DNA of 64,000 nucleotides from Rebecca billardiae RCC1528. Lineage: Eukaryota > Protista > Haptophyta. Each line of letters begins with the position of its first letter. Positions within the stretch are counted from its first letter, which is position 1. The stretch covers positions 186,001 to 250,000 of the forward strand of contig OZ251249.1 in the NCBI GenBank assembly GCA_965240325.2. Reading direction: 5' to 3'. Both the position numbers and the translations under genes were made by a program. The notes beneath the pieces are model-generated. The model saw only the letters and a list, made by a program, of their open reading frames with translations. It searched no databases and had not been told where the DNA came from. Below, piece by piece: positions 55,234 through 64,000 of the stretch.

Positions 55234-57372
55234 CCGCTGTCGCCACCGCCGCCGTCGCGGCCGCCGCCGCCGCCGTGGCCGCCCGCTTTGCCGCCGCGGC
55301 CGCCCGCGTCGCCACCGGCGCCCCCTCCGCCGCCGTCCTCCCCGCCGCTCGCGCCGCCGCCACCACCGCCACCCCCGCCGCCACCGCTGCTCCCGCTCGC
55401 CGACCTGTTCGCGCTGTGCGCCGAGCTGCTGACGATCCCGGGCGCGCCGCCCGCCGAGTGCGTGCACGTCGCGCGCACCGGGCCGGCGGCGGTGGGCAGC
55501 CTGCCGACCTCGGTGGGCGCGGTGACGACGCTGCAGTCGCTCGTGCTCAGCGACAGCCCGTCCATGACGGGCACGCTGCCCACCGAGCTCGGCCGCCTCA
55601 CCGCCCTCCGCCAGCTCGCGATCGCGCGCAGCTCTCTGACCGGCTCGCTGCCGACCGAGCTGGGCGATCTCGGCCTGATCTCGCTCGGCAGATTGGATCT
55701 CGCGGGGAACGGGCTGGAGGGGCCGGTGCCCCCCGAGCTCTTCCGCGCGACGGCGCTCCGCGAGCTCACGCTCGCGGACAACATGCTGGCCGGCGGCGGC
55801 GTGCTTGCCAACCTGAGCGCGGGCGCGCACTGGGAGCGCCTCGACTTGGGCGGAAACAAACTGCATGGCGCGCTGCCGACGGCGCTGGGCCCGCTGGCGG
55901 GCGTGCGGCTGCTCGACCTGACGGCGAACGAGCTCACCGGCCGCGTGCCCACCGAGCTCGGGCTGCTGCTCAGCCTGCGCCACCTCAGCCTCGCCGCCAA
56001 CCGCCTGAGCGGCGCGCTCCCGACAGAGCTGGGCGCGCTGCCGCTAGCGCAGTGTTACCTCAGCGCGCATCCGCCGCCGTCGCCGCCGCCGCCGTGGGTG
56101 GAGGGCGGCGAGGGGGGCGAGTGGGGCGAGTGGGGCGAGGGCGAGGGCCTCGGCGAGGGCGGCGAGCCGCTCGTCACCATCGGCGGCGGCGGCGAGGCGC
56201 GCCGCCGCCTCGCCGCCACCACCAGCTGCCCCGTAGAGGCCAGCCTCTCGTGCGAGCAGCGGAGCGCCGCGGGCTCGACGCTCGGGGCGCCGAGTTCGCA
56301 CGGGAACCCGTCGGGCGAGCGCTTCTTCGAGCTGCAGCCGGACCCGTCCGGGAGCTCGATCCGGCTGGACACGTGCGGCTCCGCGTTCGCCACGCAGCTC
56401 CGCGTGTACACCGGCTGCCCGGGCGAGGGCGGCACGCTGCTCGCCGACGGCTCGGACGAGTTCGACGGCGAGTGCGGACCGTTCACGTCGTTCGCGCAGG
56501 TGGCGGCGAGCGGCCCGCTGCTGCTGATGGTCGAGGGGGAGGGCGGCGAGGACGAGGGCGCGTTCTCGCTCTTCCTCGCGTGCTCGGCGCTGCCGCCCTC
56601 GCCGCCGCCGCCGCTCCCGCCCGCGCCGCCCTCGCCGCCCGTCGCCGATCTGCTGCAATCTCGGCCGGAGCTCGTCCAATCAAATCGCTTCGCTGAGCCG
56701 GTACCGCCGGAGGTGGCGGCGGTGTGCTCGGTGGCGATCCTGCCCTCGCCGCCGCCGCCGAGCCCGCCCAGCCCGCCGCCGGGCCAGTGCGTGCGCGGCA
56801 CCCTCTCCTGCTCCGAGCGCACCGCCCGCGGCACCACGCGCGGCGCGCCCAGCGGCGGCGGCGGCCCGTCAGGTGAACACATCTACGCGCTCGACGTGGC
56901 GGGCTTCGCGGCCGTGGTGGTCGACACGTGCGGCAGCGGGTACGACACGTACCTGCGCGTGTACGACGGCTGCCCGAGCCTCGGCGGCGCGCAGCTCGCC
57001 GCGAACGACGACGGCGCCGCGTGCGGCGGCCTGCTCTCGCGCCTCAGCCTGAACACGCTGGAGCTCGACCCGGGGGCGCCGCCGCTGCTGCTGCTTGTGG
57101 AGGGCTATGATGAGGAGGAGGGTGAGTATGTTGTGAATGTGGACTGCGGGCTGCCTGAGCCGCCGCCGAGCCCGCCGCCGCCCGCCCCGCCGCCGCCGAG
57201 CCCGCCGCCGCCCAGCCCGCCGCCGCCGAGCCCGCCGCCGCCCAGCCCGCCGCCGCCCAGCCCGCCGCCGCCCAGCCCGCCGCCGCCGCCGCCGCCCGCG
57301 CCGCCGCCGGCCATGCCGCCGCCGTTGCCGCCGCCGCCCAGCCCGCCGCCGCCCAGCCCGCCGCCACCCAGC

Positions 57373-57406
<34 letters not shown>

Positions 57407-57736
57407 CGCCCAGCCCGCCGCCCACGACGCCACCGGCGCCGCCGCCGCGCCCGCCGCCATCACCGCCGCCCACGCCGCCGCCGAGCCCGCCGCCGCCACC
57501 GCCGCCCACGCCGCCGCCGAGCCCGCCACCGCCGCCGCCGCCCACACCGCCGCCCTCGCCGCCGCCGCGCCCGCCGCCGCCGCCGCCGCCCACGCCACCG
57601 CCGAGCCCACCGCCCTCGCCGCCGCCCACGCCGCCGCCGGGCCCGCCGCCGGCGCCGCCGCCGTCGCCGCCACCGCCGCCGCCGCCGAATCCGCCGCCGA
57701 GCCCGCCGCCGTCGCCACCACCGCGGCCGCCGCCAG

Positions 57737-57767
<31 letters not shown>

Positions 57768-59691
57768 ACCGCCACGCCCGCCACCGAGCCCGCCGCCGTC
57801 GCCGCCGCCCACGCCACCGCCCAGCCCGCCGCCGAGGCCGCCGCCCACGCTGCCGCCCACGCCACCGCCGAGCCCGCCGCCGCGACCGCCGCCACCGCCG
57901 CCGCCCACGCCACCGCCGAGCCCGCCGCCCGCGCCGCCGCCCGCGCCGCCGCCCACGCCACCGCCATCACCGCCACCGACGCCGAGGCCAAGCCCACCAC
58001 CGCCACCACCGCCCACGCCTGCGCCGAGGCCCCCGCCACCGCCCATGCCCACGCCGCCGCCGAGCGCGCCGCCGAGCGCGCCGCCCACGCCTCCGCCGAG
58101 CCCACCGCCACCACCGCCGCCCGCGCCTCCGCCGAGCCCGCCGCCGCCGCCGCCGCCCACGCCGCCGCCGAGCCCGCCGCCCTCGCCGCCGCCCACGCCG
58201 CCACCGCGCCCGCCGCCCTCACCGCCGCCCTCGCCGCCACCGCGCCCGCCACCGCCACCGCCGCCCACACCGCCGCCGAGCCCGCCGCCGCCGCCGCCCC
58301 CAACGCCGCCGCCGAGCCCGCCGCCGAGCCCGCCGCCGAGCCCGCCGCCCTCACCGCCGCCCACGCCGCCGCCCTCGCCGCCACCGCGCCCGCCACCGCC
58401 ACCGCCGCCCTCGCCGCCGCCGAGCCCGCCACCGCCGCCGCCCCCAACGCCGCCGCCGAGCCCGCCGCCCTCACCGCCGCCCACGCCGCCACCGCGCCCG
58501 CCGCCCTCACCGCCGCCCTCGCCGCCACCGCGCCCGCCACCGCCACCGCCGCCCACACCGCCGCCGAGCCCGCCGCCGCCGCCGCCCCCAACGCCGCCAC
58601 CGAGCCCGCCGCCCTCACCGCCGCCCTCGCCGCCGCCCAGCCCGCCGCCACCGCCGCCGCCCGCGCCGCCGCCCGCGCCGCCGCCAGTCATGCCGCCGCC
58701 GTTGCCACCGCCGCCCAGCCCGCCGCCGCCCAGCCCGCTGCCGCCCGGCTCGCCGCCGCCGCCGCCGCCACCGCCGCGCACGCCGCCACCGAGCCCGCCG
58801 CCCACGCCGCCACCGCCGCCGCCGCCGCGCCCGCCGCCATCACCGCCGCCCATGCCGCCGCCGAGCCCGCCGCCCACGCTGCCGCCCAGGCCGCCTCCGA
58901 GCCCTCCGCCGTCGCCGCCGCCATCACCGCCGCCCACGCCGCCGCCGAGCCCGCCGCCGCCGACTCCGCCCCCGGCGCCCCCGCCCTTGCCGCCGCCCGG
59001 CCGCCCGCCGCCGGGCTTGCCCCCGCCGGCTCCGCCGCGCCCGCCGCCGCGCCCGCCGCCGCTCTTGCCGCCCGCGGCGCCGCCGAGGCCGCCGCCCGTC
59101 CCGCCGCCGCCGTCGGCGCCGCCGCCGCCGCCCCACTCGCCGCCGCCGCCGTCGGCGCCCACGCCGCCGCCGCCGCCGCGCACGGAGCCGCTCCCGCCGC
59201 CCTCGCCGCCCTCGCCGCCGCCCTCGCCGCCGCCGCCCGCGCCGCCCTCCGCGCCGCCGCCCCCTCCGGGCGGCACCAAGTACGTTTCGCTCACGCTGGG
59301 CGCTGACGCAGAGTCGCTCGACGCGGCGGCGCGGCTGCAGCTGCGCGCGCGCTTCGCCGAATGGGCGGGCGTCCCGCTCTCGCGCGTGCGCATCGTGCGC
59401 GTGCGCGCCGCGTCCGTCGAGGTTGTGCTCGCGCTCTTCCAGCCAACCACGGCGCAGCCGCCGCCCGAGCGCGAGCTGAGCGCCCTCCTCGCGAACGCGA
59501 CGGCCGTTGCCGAGCTTGGCGCGGCGCTCGGGTTTGAGCTGCTCGCCGCGCCGGCGGAGCTGAGCGCCGGCTGCACCGACTCCGCCTCGCCCAGCTTCGA
59601 CGCGAGCGCGACCGTGGACGACGGCGGATGCGCGCCCGCGCTGCCGGCGCCCGCACCGCCGAGCCCGCCGCCGCCGAGCCCGCCGCCGCCG

Positions 59692-59722
<31 letters not shown>

Positions 59723-59784
59723 GTGCGCCCCCGCTGCCGCCGCGCCCACCGCCGCGCGCGCCGCCGCAGAGCCCGCCGCCGCCG

Positions 59785-59815
<31 letters not shown>

Positions 59816-62800
59816 GTGCGCCCCCGCTGCCGCCGCGCCCACCGCCGCGCGCGCCGCCGCCGAGCCCGCCGCCGCCGAGCCCGCTGCCGCCGCTCGACGT
59901 GCGCGCGATCAGCGGGTACACAGGACCGCAGCAGGCGGTGGTCGGCCTGCGGCGCACACTCGAGTTTGAGGGCGTCGGCGTCGGCGCGGGCGACCGGGCC
60001 TTCTGGCTGCCGCCGCCGCCGCCCGACGCGGGTGGCGGCGGCGCGCAGGCGTGCGCGGACGCGAGCACGGGCGCGCCGCTCGCGCAGCGCCGGTTCGGCG
60101 GGGTCGCGAGCGTGGGCGCGGGCGGCGAGGCCTCGTTCGACTTTGGGCGCGGCGCGGACGGCCTGCAGCTGTGCTATGCGTTTGCCGGCGGCGTCGGTTA
60201 CTCGCTGCTGCCGGCCGTTACGCTGCGTGCGCTCGAGGTGCAGTCGCCGCGCACGACGATCGTGGCGGCGGGTGCGCCCGCGCGCGTCGCGTTTGGCGGC
60301 GTCGGCGTGGGCGCGGGCGACGGCGCGTTCTGGGCGGCCCCGGAGCAGCCGTGCGACCCGGCGCGCGCGCTCGGCGGCGTGGGCGCGCTCGACGCGGACG
60401 GCGCCGCCACGTTCGCCTTCGACGCGGCCGCGGCCGGCCTCCGCCTGTGCTACCAGTTCAGAGCGGCGCTCGGCGGCGCGCCGGGCGACGAGCGCGCGTA
60501 CACGCTCGGATGGGCGTCGTTCCCAGCGCTCACGCTCTCCGCGGCGCGGCCGGCGAGCGTGTTCGAGTCAGCCGTCGTCTCGCGGCTCACGCCGAGCGGC
60601 GCGCCTGTGGGGCTGCGGACTGAGCTGGTTGTGGAGGGCTCGGGCTTTGGCGCGCTCGCGGCGGCGGCGGCGGCGGCGGCTGGCGCGGTGTGGTGCGAGC
60701 TGCTGCTGCTCGGCGGCGGCGCGGGCGCGGGCGCGGGCGGCGCGGGCTCGGCGCTGAACTCGACGGTGGTGCGCACCGTCCGCCTGGCCAACCTGCACGT
60801 GAGCGAAAGCGTCGTGCGCTGCGAGCTCCCGGCGGACGCGGCGGACGCGCCCGCGCGCGCGCGGCTGCGCCTCGCGGCCAACGCGAGCGTCGCGGCCAAC
60901 GCGGCACCCGGCTCGGAGGAGGCGGTCGTGTGCGTGACGAACCACTTCGCTCTGTACGACCTGAGCGCGGTGCGGCTGGACGCGGCGCACCCGCCGGGCG
61001 GCGGGCAGGGCTCGGCCGCGCCCGCGAGCGTGCGCCTCAGCGGCTCCGAGCTGGCCGATTACGGCGGCCTGACGGTGCGCTTCGGCGCGCGGCGGGGCGC
61101 GGTGCCGGCGAGCGCGCCGGACAGCGGCGGCGACGCGCTGGTGTGCGCGCCGCCACTCGCCTCGCCGCTGGAGCCGGCGGAGACGGTGGCGCTCGAAGTG
61201 TCACTCGACGGGCAGCATTTTGCGCCGCTGCCGGCGCCACTGCCCGCGCCCGCCAGCGCAGCCACCGCCGCCGCGTCCGGCGGCGCGAGCGGCGGCGCGA
61301 GCGCGGCCGCCGTGTCCGCGGCCGACGCGGCGCCCGGCGGCGCGTCGTACTCCTTCTACACCGCGCAGGTCGACTCTGTCAGCCCGCGCGGCGCGCCCGC
61401 CGGCTCCGCGCTGCGGCTTACCGTGCGTGGCACAGGCTTGGTCGAGCTGGGCGGCGCCGGGTTAGGGTTAGGGGTAGGGTTGGGGATGGCGGTGTGCCGC
61501 TTCGCGCCCGACGGCGCGGCTGCGGGCTCGGCGGCGGTGGCGCCGGCGCTCACGCCGGCGACGGTGCTGAGCGCGCGCCGCGCGACGTGCGCGCCGCCGA
61601 GCGCCGCCGCCGCTCCGGCGGGCGCGTACATTCTCTCGCTGTCGCTTAACGGCGGCGCGAGCTTTGAGCCGTCGCGCTTTGGCGAGCCGCTGCGGATCGA
61701 GCTGTACGACGCGGCAGCGAGCCTGGCCGTGCTCTCGGCCGCGCCGCTCGGCGGGCCGGCGCGCGGCGGCACGCGCGTCACCGTGCGAGGCCGCGGCTTC
61801 AGGGCGCTCGGCAGCGGACAGCTGTGCTGCGTGCTCGGCGACGCGGCCGCGCCGGCCGGCGGCGCGTGCGCCGCGCGCGCGACGCTCCTCGCAGCCGACG
61901 CGACCGGCGCGAGCCGCGCCGTGTGCACCATGCCGCCCGCCGCCGCGCCGCTCGGCACGGGGATCGCGCTCTCGCAGATCGCCATCTCGCTCAACGCCGG
62001 CGCGCCGGGCTCAACGAGTGCGACCGCCGCCGCGTGGGCGTACTACGCGCCGCCTGCACTCGCGTCCATCTCGCCCGCGCGCGGCGACGCGCGCGGCGGC
62101 GTGCGCACCACGCTGCTCGGCTCGGGGTTCGGCGCGCTCGGCGCGCTGAGCGGCGGGCTCGGGCTGCTGCGCGTGCGCTTCGGCGCGTCCGTGCCCGCCG
62201 CGCCGCCGAGTCTGATCGCCGACGACCGGCTCGAGCAGCTCTCCCCATTTGGTTCGGAGGGCGCGGCGCTCGTCGGCGTCGCGCTCAACGGCCAGCAGTT
62301 CGACGCGGTCGGCGCGGGCGGCGAGCCCGCCGGCGTGGCGTTTGGGTTCGTGGGGCTGCACGCGCCGCGGCTGCTGGGCGCGCGCTTCAACGCGGAGGCG
62401 ACCGCGCTGCTGCTCCGCTTCGACGAGCAGCCCACCGACCGCGCGGGGCTGGCTGGCCTGCAGCCGTGCGCGCGCGTGCTCGACGACGACACCGTGCGCC
62501 TCGTGCGCGGCGGCTTTGGCGAAGCGCCGCTCTGCTACTGGGCGGACGACTCGACGCTCGTCGCCGAGCTGAACCTGCTGACCGCCGTCGCGCCGGGCGC
62601 GTCGGTGGGCGTGCGCGCGGGCGTGCTCGGCCCCGCCTTCCACGGCCGGCCGTGCCCGCACGAGCTGTGCGCGACCAACAGCACCGCGACAATCGACGCA
62701 GACGCGCCGTGCGAGCGGTCCTGCCCGACGCCCCTCGCCGCCATCCGCGGCCCCTCGCGCGTGTCCGCGTGCGCGGGCGAGGTGCTGGCGCTGGACGGCT

Positions 62801-63965
62801 CGAGCTCGACCGGCGGCGGGATCGCGCCGCTCCGCTTCGAGTGGCGCGTCGACGCGAGCCGCACGGACGGCGACGCCGCGGCGCTGAACGCTCGGCTGCG
62901 CGCGCTTGACGGCCCCGCCGCCGCGCGGCTGGAGCTTGGGAGCCTCGGCGGGTTCTCACGGGGGGTCTTTTTGCTGCGCGTGACGAACTTCCTCGGCGCC
63001 GCGTCGGCCATCGCCGAGTGGGCCGTCGAGCGCGGCGGCGGCCTCGCGCCCGCGCTCGTCATCGACGGCCCGCCGCTGCGGCCGGTGCGGCCGGCGGCGG
63101 AGCTCAACCTGCTGGGTGCGGCGACGCTCGCTAGCTGCTGGCCGCCTGCCCAGGACTCACAGGTCGACTTCGAGTGGTCGGTCTCGCGGGTCCTGCTCGG
63201 CACGCCGCCGTCGCTCGACGGGCCGGCGGCCGACGACGCCGGCGCCGACGCCGAGGCCGACGGCGACGGCGACGCGGCCTTCTTCGCGTCCGCGCCCGAG
63301 GCTGCGGACGCGCCGCGCCTCGCGCTTACGGGTGTCGACAGGATCAATCTCAGACTATCTCCCTTCTCGCTGCGCGCGGGGCGCACCTACGAGCTGGTGC
63401 TGCGCGGGGCGATGCGCGCCGCGCCCGGCGCGGCGGCGGCGAGCGCGCTCGTCCGCCTCGCGGTGCGCGCGCAGCCGCTCCAGCCCGTGATCGCCGGCGG
63501 CGACCGGCGCGTCTCCGCCGCCGCGTCGATCGCCGTCGACGCGCGAGCGTCTTACGACCCCAACGTGCCCGGCGGCGCGGGAGATCGCAATCTCACGTTC
63601 GCGTGGGCGCTCTACCACGCCGCGGCCAACGGCACGGCGCCGGGCGGCGCGGGCGCGGCGGAGCTGCTCGCAGGGCTGCCCGGCGTGGACGCCACGGCGG
63701 CCATGCTCCAGCTGCCCCCGAACTCGCTGGTGGCGGGCGCATACACTCTAGTGCTCACGCTGAGCGTGGCGGCGGCGGCGGCCGAGCCGGCGGCCGCCGC
63801 CGCCGCGACGCCGCCGCCCGCGCAGCGCGCCCTCGCCCTCGAGGTCGTGCCCGCGGCGGTGCCCACCATCGCCTTTGCGCCGCTCGCCGCGCCCAAGTAC
63901 AACCCGAGCTGGCCGACGCCCAGTCAGCGCCTCACGCTCCAGACGAGCTTGGCCGACAGCGCCGG

Positions 63966-64000
<35 letters not shown>
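55078..64000 (+). CDS. Giant polycystin-1/REJ-like surface protein (signal, LRRs, 2 PPC-like domains, SPPP stalks, SEA-like, IPT/TIG, REJ); runs off the right edge
   Basis: Frame from ATG 55078/55087 was open at every line sampled up to 64000; it is absent from the ORF track, consistent with having no stop. Motifs GTLPTELGRLTALRQL, DTCGS.(F/Y).T.LRVY.GCP x2, GCTDSASPSFDASATVDDGGC, GPARGGTRVTVRGRGF, LALDGSSSTGGG..FEW, VIAGG..DARASYDPN. Confidence 0.85.
57157..59268 (+). repeat. Coding low-complexity (S/T/R)PPP stalk of about 700 aa
   Basis: CCG-rich tract with internal block duplications. Confidence 0.95.
61459..61485 (+). repeat. Telomere-like tract in frame within coding sequence
   Basis: GGG TTA GGG TTA GGG GTA GGG TTG GGG encodes GLGLGVGLG. 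Confidence 0.85.

Noticed and set aside
57044-60068. Long Gly-rich and Ala-rich minus-strand ORFs (987 aa, 535 aa) and the Arg-rich 780-aa plus ORF
   Set aside because: Shadow frames of the CCG-rich Pro stalk of the real plus-strand gene.
1-64000. tRNA, rRNA or prokaryotic operon/defence system
   Set aside because: No cloverleaf or rRNA motifs recognised by eye; the genes are intron-containing and functionally unrelated.

Overview
Very GC-rich eukaryotic nuclear DNA with spliceosomal GT(GCGC)...(GCG)CAG introns and TTAGGG-type interstitial repeats. By inference it is a haptophyte, Pavlovales/Diacronema-like; this is not proven. Most ORFs in the supplied track are shadow frames produced by high GC. 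About 15 real genes can be supported: the 5' part of a Trf4/PAPD5-like nucleotidyltransferase, a multi-exon type I membrane protein (EF-hand, GLMP-like motifs), a K+-independent H+-pyrophosphatase, TMEM43, an SDR, an organelle-targeted SET protein, two hypothetical proteins, a tandem cNMP-binding protein, a small Pro-rich membrane protein, a ~3,240-aa Pro-rich repeat surface protein, a PHB-depolymerase-type esterase, RAD1, a pseudo-histidine kinase with an intact receiver domain, and the first ~2,970 aa of an LRR/PPC-like/IPT/REJ polycystin-like protein. The lower-GC gaps hold non-autonomous DNA transposons identified by TIRs and TSDs. The most notable are three elements with CAAGG...CCTTG termini and 7-bp TSDs; one is nested in a Harbinger-like element and one carries a captured alpha-kinase pseudogene. 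Other highlights are telomere-like repeats placed where intron branch points are expected (and once in frame inside an exon), and an eIF4E-binding-type motif at the N-terminus of the nucleotidyltransferase. All family assignments come from motif recognition by eye; no searches were run.
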